Assembly: GCA_963827275.1 (NCBI GenBank)
Contig: CAWHAA010000008.1
Coordinates: 320,001 to 384,000, forward strand
Reading direction: 5' to 3'
Length of the DNA: 64,000 nt
DNA from: an uncultured Spirochaetota bacterium
GTDB taxonomy: Bacteria; Spirochaetota; UBA4802; UBA5550
The position numbers and the translations under genes are program-made. The notes beneath the pieces were generated by a model. It ran no database searches and was not told the origin of the DNA. It saw only the letters and a program-made list of their open reading frames with translations. Below, in pieces: positions 50,453 through 61,629 of this stretch; within the stretch, counting starts at the first letter, position 1; each line of letters begins with the position of its first letter.

Positions 50453-53037
50453 ATGAGAATGGATAAAATGACACTGAAGGCGCAGGACGCCATAAATACG
50501 GCGCAGAACATCGCCACGGACCTGAACCACTACGAGATCCAGCCGGAGCATCTGCTCCTGGCGCTCGTGGACCAGGACGACGGCATTTTCGGGTCGATCG
50601 CGCAGAAGATCGGCGACGCCGCTCAATGATCTGAAGGCCGAGGCTGACGCGGCGGTGAAATCGATGCCGCGCCAGGTGGGCGGCGGGCCGGGCGGCGGCG
50701 CCCTGTCGTCCGCGCTGCGTGACATCCTGAACGAGGCGTGGAACGAGGCCGTGGGGCTCAAGGACGAGTACTTGAGCACGGAGCACATGATACTTGCCCT
50801 TGCGTCCAAGGGAAGCGGCAAGGCGAAGAAGATCATGAACGGGCACGGCTTTATCCGCGACAATATCCTCAAGGTCCTGAAAGACATCCGCGGCAGCAAG
50901 AGGGCCGATGACCCGAGCTGCCGAGGACAAGTACAACGCCCTGGACCGGTACAGCAGGGACCTCACGAAGCTCGCGCGCATGAACAAGCTTGACCCGGTG
51001 ATCGGCAGGAACGAGGAGATACGGCGGGTCATGCAGGTGCTCACGCGGCGCACAAAGAACAACCCGGTGCTGATCGGCGAGCCGGGCGTCGGAAAGACGG
51101 CCATCGTGGAGGGACTGGCGCGGCGCATCGTCGAGGGCGACGTGCCGGAGAACCTGAAAAACAAGCGCCTGGTGGGCCTGGACATGGGGGCGCTGATCGC
51201 CGGCGCAAAGTACCGCGGCGAGTTCGAGGAGCGGCTCAAGGCGGTCATTAACGAGGTAGAGGAGTCGGCAGGGGACGTGATCCTCTTCATCGACGAGCTC
51301 CACACCCTGGTGGGCGCGGGCGCCGCGGAAGGCGCGGTGGACGCTTCCAACATGCTGAAGCCGGCCCTGGCGCGGGGCGACCTCCGGTGCATCGGCGCCA
51401 CCACGCTCAACGAGTACCAGAAGTATATCGAGAAGGACAAGGCGCTGGAGCGGCGGTTCCAGCCGGTCCTTACCAGGGAGCCTTCGGTCGAGGACACCAT
51501 CGCCATCCTCCGCGGGCTCAAGGAAAAGTACGAGGTGCACCACGGCGTTCGCATATCCGATTCGGCGTGCGTTTCCGCGGCCGTGCTCTCGGACCGGTAT
51601 ATCACCGACCGCTTCCTGCCCGACAAGGCCATCGACCTGGTGGACGAGGCGGCGTCGCGCATCAAGATGGAGATCGACTCGATGCCGATCGAAATCGACG
51701 AGATCGAGCGGAAGGTGCGGCAGCTCATGATCGAGTCCGAGGCGCTGAAGAAGGAAAAGGACGCCGCGTCCAAGAACCGGCTGGAGAAGATAAAGGAGCA
51801 GCTGGCGAACCTGAACGAGAAAAAGAACGGCCTCGTGGCCCAGTGGAAGAACGAGAAGGGCATCATCACCGACATACGGAAGATCAAGGAGCAGATCGAG
51901 CAGCTCCGCATGGATGAACAGCGCGCCGAGCGCGAGGGCAACCTGAACCTGGTCGCCGAGATCCGCTACGGGAGGATCGGCGAGCTCGAGAAAAAGCTGA
52001 CCGTTGCCAACGACCGGCTCAAGTCGATGCAGGGGGACAAGACCCTTCTGAAAGAGGAGGTCACCGAGCAGGAGATCGCGGCGGTGGTGTCCCGCTGGAC
52101 CGGCATCCCGGTGTCGCGGATGCTGGAGGGCGAAAAGGAAAAATTATTAAAAATGGAATCGCTCCTCGAAAAGCGGGTCGTGGGACAGGAGGAGGCGATC
52201 AACGCCATCTCGAGCGCGGTGCGCCGCTCCCGCTCGGGCATCCAGGAGCCGAACCGGCCCATCGGGTCCTTCATCTTTCTCGGCCCGACCGGCGTCGGCA
52301 AGACCGAAACGGCGAAGGCCGTGGCCGAGTTCATGTTCAACGACGAGAAGGCCATCATCCGCATCGACATGTCCGAATACATGGAAAAGCACACGGTGGC
52401 GCGGCTTATCGGGGCGCCCCCGGGATACGTCGGGTACGAGGAGGGCGGCCAGCTCACCGAGGCGGTGCGGCGCCGGCCTTACGCGGTGATCCTGTTCGAT
52501 GAGATCGAGAAGGCGCACCCCGACGTGTTCAACATCTTCCTCCAGATCCTTGACGAGGGGAGGCTCACCGACTCGAAGGGCCGGGTGGTCGATTTCAAGA
52601 ACGCCCTGATCATCATGACGTCGAACATCGGGACCTCGTACATCAGTGATCCCGATATCCCCTATGAAAAGAGGAAGGCCGGCGTGGAGAAGGAGCTCAA
52701 GGCCTATTTCAAACCGGAGTTCCTGAACCGGGTGGACGAGGTGATCATCTTCAACCCGCTTTCCCGCGAAAACATCGCGGAGATCGTCAAGCTGCAGCTC
52801 GCCAGGGTGGCGGTGCGGCTGAAGGAGCGGGGGATCTCGCTTGAAATTTCGAAAAGGGCGCTTGAATTTATCGTCCAGGAGGGGTATGATCCGCAGTTCG
52901 GCGCACGGCCGCTCAACCGGGCCATACAGAAGCACCTCCTCAACCCCCTGTCGGTGCGGCTTCTTTCAGGTGAGTCTCTTGCGGACCAGAAGCTCAAGGT
53001 GGATTCCGACGGGAAAAAGATTGTTTTTGGCAAATAA
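50453..53037 (+). CDS. clpB: Chaperone ClpB (frameshifts near 50616 and 50915)
   Basis: [14 protein letters not shown], two Clp-N repeats, GEPGVGKT, coiled-coil middle domain ([16 protein letters not shown]), GPTGVGKT. Confidence 0.93.
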
Positions 53038-53321
53038 AGCCGAAAACCGGGCCGCAGCGGTGCAGGGGGGGCTCCGGCGCGCCCCTGTACGGGGACGCGA
53101 TGGTTTCCCGGGCCGGGGCCGGGGAAAACCACTATGACCCGGTCAGGGCGTTTCCCTCCTGGTCCCCGCATTCAGAGCGAAAGTCTTTCCCTCTACGTAA
53201 TCTGTCTTGACAGATAAAACGATGCATGGCTTTTGTGTTTATTGTTTTTCAGCCCTTACGTTAGCTGCACCTGTGTGGATTCATTATACTGAGCAGATAG
53301 TTCCGATTATAACAAAACAAT

Positions 53322-54701
53322 ATGGATTTTACCTCGAATATTACACTACTCGCGCTCGTGCTGTTTTTTTTCGCGTATTTTATTATTTACAGGTTTTTCA
53401 AAGACAACGTCGCGGTGCTGAATGTCTTTGTCGCGGCGAGCTCCCTGTGCATGTACGCGATCTGGTACCCGCCGGCCGTGCTGATCCTGCTCTTTTACGC
53501 GGTACTGGTAAAATATGCGGGGGATGCGCTCCATCGCAACGGATCGAAAGCGCTGCTGCGCGCGCTGGTTGTGTTCATGGTCGTTGTCCTGGCGTTTTTC
53601 AAATACTACATCATATTTGTGATAGCGATTACGAAAAATCCATCCAGCCTCCTGAACGTCTTTGTCCCGCTGGGGATCTCTTTTTTCACCTGCACCATTA
53701 TCGGGCTCTTCATAGATATTTACCGGAAAGAAGCGGTGCCGCCGGAAACGCTGCTTGAGTCGGTGCTGTTCGTTTCATTCTGGCCGAGCATCTCTTCGGG
53801 GCCTATTTTACGGGGCGGTAATTTTTTTCAATTCCTGAAAAAGCGGGAGCCGGTTACCAGGGGCACCTTCGCCCTGAGCGCCGTCCTTATCGCTTCCGGG
53901 ATAATAAAAAAAATCCTCATAGCGGACAACCTGGGCTCCTGCGTGAACTGGAACATCGGGTTCGGCGTTGCGCGCCTTGACGTCCACGAGGCCTGGGCGA
54001 CAATGATCGGCTTTATCGGACAGATCTATGGCGATTTCAGCGGGTACAGCGACATGGCGATCGGTTTCGCCCTTCTCCTGGGGTTCAGGCTGCCCGCCAA
54101 CTTCAATTATCCGTATGTCTCGACAACGCTCGGTGAATTGTGGCGCCGGTGGCACATCAGCTTTTCCTTCTGGCTCAGGGACTACGTGTACATCCCGCTC
54201 GGCGGCAGTAAAAAGGGACGGGTGCGCAAATACCTGAACCTGATGATAACGTTCGTCGTCTCCGGCATCTGGCACGGCACCGGCCTCAATTATATCGTAT
54301 GGGGATCATTGCAGGGGATGGTCATTTCGATCGAAGACTACCTTGGCCCGCGATATACCCGGCTTAACCGAAACCTTCGCCGTATCGTGACTTTTCTGAT
54401 TTTTGTGATCGCCGCGGCCTTTTTCAGGCTGGACACGAAAAACGCGGTCACCATGCTCTCAAAGATGTTTTTTTACAATTCACTGAACTTCAGGCTCAGC
54501 ACCGCCACCTATTTTCTGCCGCTGGTCCTGGTGTTCGGTTTCGTGATCATCGACCACTGGGTGAAGTTTTATACTGTAGACGATAAAGGGTATCCGGAGA
54601 TAAATAAAAAGCCGTACGTGGTCGTCATCCTGTGCGCGCTGCTCCTGCTCGCCCTCCTTTTTCCCGGCCAGGACCAGCCGTTCATCTACTTCAAATTTTA
54701 G
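53322..54701 (+). CDS. MBOAT family O-acyltransferase (AlgI/DltB-like)
   Basis: PLGISFFT, SGPI.R, QIYGDFSGYSDMAIG, NFNYPY, WRRWHIS, YVYIPLGG, GIWHG. Confidence 0.92.
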   Translation: MDFTSNITLLALVLFFFAYFIIYRFFKDNVAVLNVFVAASSLCMYAIWYPPAVLILLFYAVLVKYAGDALHRNGSKALLRALVVFMVVVLAFFKYYIIFVIAITKNPSSLLNVFVPLGISFFTCTIIGLFIDIYRKEAVPPETLLESVLFVSFWPSISSGPILRGGNFFQFLKKREPVTRGTFALSAVLIASGIIKKILIADNLGSCVNWNIGFGVARLDVHEAWATMIGFIGQIYGDFSGYSDMAIGFALLLGFRLPANFNYPYVSTTLGELWRRWHISFSFWLRDYVYIPLGGSKKGRVRKYLNLMITFVVSGIWHGTGLNYIVWGSLQGMVISIEDYLGPRYTRLNRNLRRIVTFLIFVIAAAFFRLDTKNAVTMLSKMFFYNSLNFRLSTATYFLPLVLVFGFVIIDHWVKFYTVDDKGYPEINKKPYVVVILCALLLLALLFPGQDQPFIYFKF

Positions 54702-54709
54702 GCACGCAC

Positions 54710-55903
54710 ATGAGTCATAAAAAAATAATCATCAGCATCATTGTAACGCTTCTGGTGGGCGCCGCGGTATCAGCGGCCCTGCAGGCCTATAAGATTAAAA
54801 TCGAGAAGGAGATGGAAGCCCGTGAGGCGATAACGGACAATCCGTTTTATGAAGAGTTCCGCTCCGCCGGCGCCCGCTACGGATTGAACATGGACTTCAC
54901 CCGACGCGCCGCGTGCGTAAAGGGGACCCAGCTCGAACTGGAAAAGATACCCCTCCTCGGGTACGGGCGTCAATCGTGCGATATCCTCATCGTCGGCGAC
55001 AGCACCATGGCATGGGGCATGGTCCCCGAAGTTATTGAACAGATGACCGGCCTGAAGGTGGGCGTTTTCGGGTCAGAGGCGCTGGTCCTCAATGCGACCA
55101 TTGCGAAAGTCATTGATAATCTCGCGTCATATTATCTCAAGGACGACGGACTGCTCATCATCTCTTTCGGCGGATGGACGCAGGAGCAGAACGCGAACTC
55201 CATGGTGCTTGTCTATATTGACTGGATATACACTGTCGCGAGCATGAGCAACGCGGAGTTTGCCGCATACATGGAAAAGTGGAAAAAGGATCGGGCCGAC
55301 GGGGCCGCGGACGGCCTGCTGGACAGGCTCGCGTTTTCAGCGCACCGGAATTCGATCAGGGCGCTGAAAGACACGCTGGCTGAGCAGTATTGCTTTTCCC
55401 TCTTCCAGCTGCCCCTGTACAATGATTACATAGAACCGTTCATAAATCCAAAGTGGCACAAGCAGAAGATGGAGATGAAATCGAAGATAAAATGCTATCT
55501 GAGATGGAACAACAAGTCAATCGTGATGTATTCTTCTTACCAGGGAAAACGCTCTATCCATTCCGGGGCACGACCTGACCCCGGGTATACTAACAAGGAT
55601 ATCGCCATAGTTTCCGCACTGCTGAAAAAAATCCCCCGCAGAAAGGCGTACCAGATACATGTCAATTTCGATCATTCGAAGTACGCCAGGCTGAGGAGCA
55701 TTTACGCCTCGTATTACCGGGATTCGTTCGGCCTGATCGATCTAGGGGCCGATCACCCTGCGGATGCATCGTACGAGATGGACGAGAGCGGGCACACCAT
55801 CAATACCGGCGGTTTTTACCAGAGCGTCCTGATAGGCAACAATCTTAAGAGACATTTCAGCACGCTGGGAAAACTGCAGCCCGCCGGCCCGGCAATAAAA
55901 TAA
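54710..55903 (+). CDS. MBOAT partner, SGNH-like exported protein (AlgJ/DltD-like position)
   Basis: N-terminal anchor, IVGDS motif, C-terminal DESGH; starts 8 nt after the MBOAT stop. Confidence 0.6.
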   Translation: MSHKKIIISIIVTLLVGAAVSAALQAYKIKIEKEMEAREAITDNPFYEEFRSAGARYGLNMDFTRRAACVKGTQLELEKIPLLGYGRQSCDILIVGDSTMAWGMVPEVIEQMTGLKVGVFGSEALVLNATIAKVIDNLASYYLKDDGLLIISFGGWTQEQNANSMVLVYIDWIYTVASMSNAEFAAYMEKWKKDRADGAADGLLDRLAFSAHRNSIRALKDTLAEQYCFSLFQLPLYNDYIEPFINPKWHKQKMEMKSKIKCYLRWNNKSIVMYSSYQGKRSIHSGARPDPGYTNKDIAIVSALLKKIPRRKAYQIHVNFDHSKYARLRSIYASYYRDSFGLIDLGADHPADASYEMDESGHTINTGGFYQSVLIGNNLKRHFSTLGKLQPAGPAIK

Positions 55904-56106
55904 TCCGCACCCGGATAATGACCATTAAACATGCCGTCATATTCCGCTTTTCAGCTTTCCAATGTCTTGACATATTTCACGCAGGATGTTTTTTTGGTTG
56001 AAGCGTCCATGAGCGCCGAAGGCGGTCACGGACCTGTCTGTCAGTCTGTCCGGAGGCATCGCCTCCTGTATAAAAAATAAGCATGTAATCAACGAGGAGA
56101 ACCATC

Positions 56107-57306
56107 ATGTCAAACAAGGAAGCTGTCATTTTATCAGCGTGCAGGACCCCTGTCGGGAGTTTTGGCCAGTCGCTCAAGGACGTCAAGGCCTTCCAGCTCG
56201 GGGCAATTGTGATGCAGGAGGCGATACGGCGGGCCGGCGTTGCTGGCGACATGCTCGACGATGTCATTTTCGGTGACTGCATCCAGACCAGCGAGGAGGC
56301 CAATACGGCGCGGACTGCCGCGCTCAAGGCGGGGATCCCCGTCGAGGTGCCGGCCACGACCATCCAGCGGCAGTGCGCTTCCGGTATGCAGGCCACGATC
56401 TTCGGGTCGCAGCAGATCATGTCAGGCGATTCCGATCTGGTCCTGGTGGGCGGATGCGAATCGATGAGCAACGCACCCTATGTGCTGAAAAACGCGCGGT
56501 GGGGCTACCGGCTGACACACGGCGAGATGACCGACTCCATGTGGGAACTCCTCCATTCCGGGAGCGGGCTCCTCGGCGAGCCGTTCATCATGGGCCAGAC
56601 CGCGGAGAACCTTGCCGAAAAATATAACATATCGCGGCAGGACCAGGACCAGGTGGCGTTCGAGAGCCACAAGAAGGCGATTGCCGCCATCGAAGCCGGC
56701 AGGTTCAAGGAGGAGATCATCCCCGTGCCGGTGCCGCAGCGGAAAGGCGAGCCGAAGATGTTCACCACGGACGAGCACCCGCGGCGCGACGTGAGCCTGG
56801 AGAGCCTTGCGGCCCTCAAGCCGGCCTTCAAGAAGACCGGGACTGTCACCGCGGGCAACAGCTCGGGCCTGAATGACGGCGCCGCCGCCATGATTATCGC
56901 CTCGGTGGAGACGGCGGAGAAGCTCGGCAAAAAACCGCTGGCGCGGATTGCCGGGAACGCGATCGCGGGCTGCGAGCCGCACCTGATGGGATACGGCCCG
57001 GTGCCGGCAGTGCAGAAGCTGCTCAAAAAAACCGGCAAGAAGCTCGGCGACATCGGGCTCTTTGAATGTAACGAGGCCTTTGCCGCCCAGTACCTTTCGG
57101 TCGAGCGCGGGCTCGGCCTTGACCGCTCGATCGTGAACGTGAACGGATCGGGCATTGCGCTTGGCCACCCGGTAGGGTGCACCGGCGCACGCCTCATCGT
57201 ATCCCTCATCCATGAGATGAAACGCCGCAACACCCAGTGGGGTATTGCCACGCTCTGCGTGGGCGGCGGCATGGGGGCCGCGGTGCTTATCGAAAACATC
57301 AAGTAA
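56107..57306 (+). CDS. Acetyl-CoA C-acetyltransferase (thiolase)
   Basis: RTPVGSF, QCASGM, NEAFA, GHPVGCTG, LCVGGGMG. Confidence 0.95.
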   Translation: MSNKEAVILSACRTPVGSFGQSLKDVKAFQLGAIVMQEAIRRAGVAGDMLDDVIFGDCIQTSEEANTARTAALKAGIPVEVPATTIQRQCASGMQATIFGSQQIMSGDSDLVLVGGCESMSNAPYVLKNARWGYRLTHGEMTDSMWELLHSGSGLLGEPFIMGQTAENLAEKYNISRQDQDQVAFESHKKAIAAIEAGRFKEEIIPVPVPQRKGEPKMFTTDEHPRRDVSLESLAALKPAFKKTGTVTAGNSSGLNDGAAAMIIASVETAEKLGKKPLARIAGNAIAGCEPHLMGYGPVPAVQKLLKKTGKKLGDIGLFECNEAFAAQYLSVERGLGLDRSIVNVNGSGIALGHPVGCTGARLIVSLIHEMKRRNTQWGIATLCVGGGMGAAVLIENIK

Positions 57307-57330
57307 GAAAACAGCATCATTGTAGTATGA

Positions 57331-57368
57331 GAACACAAAAAGCGGCGCCATCGCCGCTTTTTGTGTTC
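57331..57368. terminator. Bidirectional Rho-independent terminator
   Basis: Perfect 17-bp stem GAACACAAAAAGCGGCG-CCAT-CGCCGCTTTTTGTGTTC. Confidence 0.85.
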
Positions 57369-57570
57369 CCTGCAGGATTTTAATGGAAAAAAATTTTAAA
57401 AAAAGGTTGAATTAATTTTTTCATCAACTTGGAATATCAGTATTATAGATGGAAGTATTTTTTTTCGGGCATCGTGTCATGCTTTACCGCGTCGGCACTA
57501 CATACAGAGAAGCGCCGCGGACGCATGTACCGTCCCGGGATTCGGGTGATTACATCAGCGGAGGATTGAC

Positions 57571-58557
57571 ATGAAAAAAATAGCATTGATGATAGCGGGA
57601 GCGCTGCTCCTGGCCGGCAGCTGGACCACGGATGCCGGCGCATGGATCATCGTCCGGACAAACCTGCCCGGTGCTGCGCAGTCGTACGTGGACAAGGTGT
57701 TTCTGCCCTACCAGCGGCAGGTAAAGCTGGTCAAGGGATTCGCCAACGCAAGCGCATATTCATCACACGTGGCGACACAGCGCGGGTATCAGGGGTACGA
57801 AAAATTCGCCATTACCGCGGGGACGATGGCGGCCGCGCAGGTGCCCGCAACGGTTGTCGACCTGGGTTATTACAAAAAGCTCGCCGACCGGCTCATGAAA
57901 GAGGGGGACATCTATGTGGGCGTGGCGTGGAACGCCTGGTCGCTCAACGTAGGGGTAAAGCTCCCCGCCGGCTTCTCGATTTCCGGAAAATTCGGCATGC
58001 TGAAATACACGTACGATAAATTCGATATTGACGGCATGAATGCGGGGGGGATGATCAACTACCAGATCATCGAGCCCAAGGCGCCGCCGGTCAAGTTCGT
58101 CCTCTGGCGGGGGCTTTCCATTGGAACCGGCTTCATGTGGCAGTACAACAAGACCCGCTATCATTACAAGTCGCCTGACCCCCAATCGGCCGGGGGATAT
58201 ATCATACAGCCTGAGCTGAAAATATTCGCTAAGACTGAATCCTACGTCATCCCCCTCGAGATTTCAACCGCGGTGCGGCTCTTCTGGGTGCTCAATATCC
58301 ACGCCGGCGGCGGCATCGATTTCGCGTGGGGGTCGTCGCGCCTGAATTATTCCGGGATGGGCTTCGTGGCCGACGGGGGCACCGTCGGCATGTACGCCGT
58401 CTATGGCAGGCAGGGCGGGACCGGCCCGACAACATTCCTGCCGAAGATATTCTGCGGCCCGGGGCTGAATTTCGGTCCGGTCGTCATCGATATCCCGTTC
58501 ACCTATTACTTCAACAATGGCTTCGATGTCGGCGTGACGCTGGGCGTGGTCTGGTAG
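57571..58557 (+). CDS. Outer-membrane / surface protein resembling the Leptospira Lsa36 family
   Basis: Signal peptide; GFANAS…ATQRGYQGY, LWRGLSIGTG, IPLEISTAVR; amphipathic strands and terminal W. Family assignment is from memory. Confidence 0.6.
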   Translation: MKKIALMIAGALLLAGSWTTDAGAWIIVRTNLPGAAQSYVDKVFLPYQRQVKLVKGFANASAYSSHVATQRGYQGYEKFAITAGTMAAAQVPATVVDLGYYKKLADRLMKEGDIYVGVAWNAWSLNVGVKLPAGFSISGKFGMLKYTYDKFDIDGMNAGGMINYQIIEPKAPPVKFVLWRGLSIGTGFMWQYNKTRYHYKSPDPQSAGGYIIQPELKIFAKTESYVIPLEISTAVRLFWVLNIHAGGGIDFAWGSSRLNYSGMGFVADGGTVGMYAVYGRQGGTGPTTFLPKIFCGPGLNFGPVVIDIPFTYYFNNGFDVGVTLGVVW

Positions 58558-58716
58558 CCGCGGCAGGGCGGAGTTGCGCGGGATCCGGTATCGCCGCTCC
58601 TGCGTTATGCGCGGGGCGCGGCGCCGGGTCAATAATTTATAACAATTGCTTGCAGCATGCCTGTTGGCCAGGCAGGATATATGTCCATATAACAATTATA
58701 GCGTAAGGAGTGGAAT

Positions 58717-60180
58717 ATGGTAAAAAAGTTTCTGAAGATCCTCGGCGGTCTGATCGGGTTCGTGGTGGTCCTCATCGTCGCCGCGAGTATTGCCATCATT
58801 CTTATCGTGAACAAGCAGCTGGTAGAAGACCAGATGAAGAAGGCCCTGAACCGGCACGTGCAGATACAGGACATCAAGGTCGGAATTTTCTCAATCGTGT
58901 CGGGGATAGAGGTGAAGGGCGTCACCATCTCCAACTTCAAGACCGGTACGCAGCTGGAGGCTCTCAAAGGAAAGCCGGTGCCCGCCCGCGACGTCTTCGT
59001 CAGCATGGAATCGCTCCGCCTGAAGCTGAAGTTCCTGCCGCTGCTCGATAAGAGGTTTGAGCTCAACGAGCTGGTGCTTCACACGCCGACGGTCAACGTT
59101 GCCCGCGGCAAGAATGGCAATTTTAACTTTGACGATCTCCTGCAGCCGAAGAAGCTCACGAAAGAGGAGCGGGAGGAGCTTGAGAAAGAGAAAAAGAAAG
59201 AGGAAGAGGAAAAGGCGAAAGAGCCGCAAAAACCCCTCACGGCGGACGATATACCCGTGGCGATCAGCATAGGGGAAGTGGGATTGAAAAACGGGACAAT
59301 AAATTATTACGATGCGAAGTTCGGCCAGCGGTTCCAGGTGTACAAGCTTACGGCGCTGGTGTCCGACATAGCGATAGATCCGAAAGATCTGCAAAAGAAG
59401 GACAACGCCAGGGTTAAATTCTACTCGGGGATCAGGACCGTCGGCCCGATGAAGAGCGGCTCCGTCGAATCGTTCGACATCACGTTCGATATCAGCGGCA
59501 ACGTGAAGCCTTTTGACCTGAAGACGCGGAAACTGGACCCGGAGATTTCGCTGCATGTCGGCTCTCCCGACGGCCAGTTCACCGGCCTCCAGATCTTTAA
59601 CGCCGTCGCCGGCGACAAGGTCCTGGGCAAGTATATCGGTGACGCCCTCTCGTTCCTGAAAGGCAAGCAGTCATGGAAGGGATCAAAGCTCGCCTATGTC
59701 AATGTATGGTACAAGGCGGGCGTGGCAAAGATCAGCGACGGGAACCTGAAGCTAACCGAAACATGGCTCCTCTTCGATGGCATGATCAAAACCGCCACCA
59801 AGGCCATGGACGTGAACCTGGAATTCGAGATGCAGAAATCGCGGCACAACGCCATCAGGGTCGGGATCCGGAGACAGATAGAGTCGGGCCTGAAGCAGAT
59901 GGGCGCCAAGAAGTATGCGAACCCGGAAAAGATTACCGATGTCGCGATGAAGCCCCTTCTCAACAAGAACGGCAGGGTCTACCTGAAGTTCAAGATCGCG
60001 GGAACAACCAGCAAGCCCGAGGCGACGCTGACCTTCCCGGCGCTCGGGTCGATAGGCGACATCATCAAGCAGGTCGCGGGCGACGTCGTCCTCGAAGCCG
60101 GCAAGGAAGCGGGTAAGAAAGCGGCGGAAGACGGCGCGAAGCAGCTTATCAAGAAGGCACCGAAGATCAAGCTCTGGTGA
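58717..60180 (+). CDS. AsmA-like protein
   Basis: N-terminal anchor, LKFLPLL…ELVLHTPTVNV.R..NG.FNFDDL, C-terminal FKIAGTTSKP. Confidence 0.8.
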   Translation: MVKKFLKILGGLIGFVVVLIVAASIAIILIVNKQLVEDQMKKALNRHVQIQDIKVGIFSIVSGIEVKGVTISNFKTGTQLEALKGKPVPARDVFVSMESLRLKLKFLPLLDKRFELNELVLHTPTVNVARGKNGNFNFDDLLQPKKLTKEEREELEKEKKKEEEEKAKEPQKPLTADDIPVAISIGEVGLKNGTINYYDAKFGQRFQVYKLTALVSDIAIDPKDLQKKDNARVKFYSGIRTVGPMKSGSVESFDITFDISGNVKPFDLKTRKLDPEISLHVGSPDGQFTGLQIFNAVAGDKVLGKYIGDALSFLKGKQSWKGSKLAYVNVWYKAGVAKISDGNLKLTETWLLFDGMIKTATKAMDVNLEFEMQKSRHNAIRVGIRRQIESGLKQMGAKKYANPEKITDVAMKPLLNKNGRVYLKFKIAGTTSKPEATLTFPALGSIGDIIKQVAGDVVLEAGKEAGKKAAEDGAKQLIKKAPKIKLW

Positions 60181-60216
60181 TGCGATCACCGGGGTATTTT
60201 TAATACGCAAACAGGG

Positions 60217-60247
60217 AGGCGCGGTGAAGTACACCGCGCCTTTTTTT
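60217..60247 (+). terminator. Rho-independent terminator
   Basis: AGGCGCGGTG-AAGTA-CACCGCGCCT followed by a T run. Confidence 0.85.
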
Positions 60248-60396
60248 GTGGCCCGGGGAGGCAATAAAAACTGCCCGCGGGTGTCACAGAGACGCCTTCA
60301 ATGAGTATACGTAGTGGGTGAGGTGATGTCGCCGGGAGCCTGCCGCCGGAGCATGACTGAAATCATGAAATATTGTATATCAGAAGGTGCAGTGAG

Positions 60397-61473
60397 ATGA
60401 ATAATGTTGAAGTAAAAAAACTCGTTCTGAACAGGGCATTGAAAGAATTTTTCAGGGACGCGGTGCGGATTACGCGCAGAAATCCGTCCCAGCTGGTGTC
60501 GTTTGTGCGTACGATACTCTGGCTCAGGAAAGCGTCAAAGCTCCGAGCATACTGGAATGAAAGGAATGTGATGGTGCCGCCGATCATCATGTTCAGCATT
60601 ACCAACCGCTGTAACCTGAGGTGTGCCGGCTGCTATAACCAGTCGTTCCATTGCGCGGACAATGGAGAGTTGAGCGCTGAAAAGCTGAGGTCAATAACCA
60701 GGGAGGCGAAGGAGATCGGCGTTTCATTCTTTGTCATCGCGGGCGGTGAGCCGTTCATGCGGCCTGAATATGTGGAGATCATGAAGGAGCATCCGGAGAT
60801 CATCTTCCTTGTGTTTACCAACGGCCTGCTGATCGATGACGCGCTCATCGGCACGTTCGGCCGGCACCGGAATATCGTGCCCATGCTCAGCCTTGAGGGG
60901 GATGATCGGGACACTGACCGGCGGCGCGGAGAGGGGACCTTCGCCGCCCTGAGCGCGATCATGGCTGAAATGAAAAAGCAGTCGGTTTTTTTCGGGACCT
61001 CCCTTGCGATGACGCGGGATAATTTTTCGACAGTCACCGACCGGAAGTATACGGAGCAGCTGGCGAATTCCGGGTGCAAGTTCTTTCTCTACATAGAATA
61101 CACCCCGACCGCTGAAGGCACCGAGGACTGGGTGCTCACGGACGAGCAGCGCGGCCGGACCAGGGGCATAATGGAAAAATTTCGTTCCGAATTTCCGGCC
61201 CTGTTCATAGCCGTGCCCTGGGACGAAGATGATGTCGGCGGCTGCCTTTCGGCCGGCAGGGGATTTGTCCACATCAACGCAATGGGAGACGTGGAGCCGT
61301 GCCCCTTCGCGCCGTTTTCCGACACCAACATCAGGGATTCTTCGCTTATCGATGCGCTGAAATCCCGCCTGTTTGCAACGATCCGCCGGCGGCCTGAATT
61401 ATCAAGGGAAGAGGGCGGCGGGTGCGTACTGTGGAAAAACAGGGAGGTTGTGCAGTCGCTGCTGGATAATTAA
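60397..61473 (+). CDS. Radical SAM protein with SPASM/twitch domain
   Basis: TNRCNLRCAGCY, GGEPF, FTNG, GCLSAGRGFVHINAMGDVEPCPF. Confidence 0.9.
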   Translation: MNNVEVKKLVLNRALKEFFRDAVRITRRNPSQLVSFVRTILWLRKASKLRAYWNERNVMVPPIIMFSITNRCNLRCAGCYNQSFHCADNGELSAEKLRSITREAKEIGVSFFVIAGGEPFMRPEYVEIMKEHPEIIFLVFTNGLLIDDALIGTFGRHRNIVPMLSLEGDDRDTDRRRGEGTFAALSAIMAEMKKQSVFFGTSLAMTRDNFSTVTDRKYTEQLANSGCKFFLYIEYTPTAEGTEDWVLTDEQRGRTRGIMEKFRSEFPALFIAVPWDEDDVGGCLSAGRGFVHINAMGDVEPCPFAPFSDTNIRDSSLIDALKSRLFATIRRRPELSREEGGGCVLWKNREVVQSLLDN

Positions 61474-61629
61474 TCGCGCGGGGTGCCGGGTAATGCCGAT
61501 CCTTTTCAGCCGTATACAGCGGATAATGTGGCGGCGTTTGCCATCTTCCCCCCCATACCGCCGGGCAGGGAGCTATCAGCCTGTGTCCGGCGGCAGTTTC
61601 ACGCCCAATTGCGACACGACTCACGCTAA

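Noticed and set aside
53091..53168. tRNA-like cloverleaf
   Set aside because: Has a 7-bp closing stem but no T-loop (TTCRA), D-loop or anticodon-arm geometry
55995..56070. Riboswitch upstream of the thiolase
   Set aside because: Two hairpins are present but no recognisable aptamer consensus or expression platform
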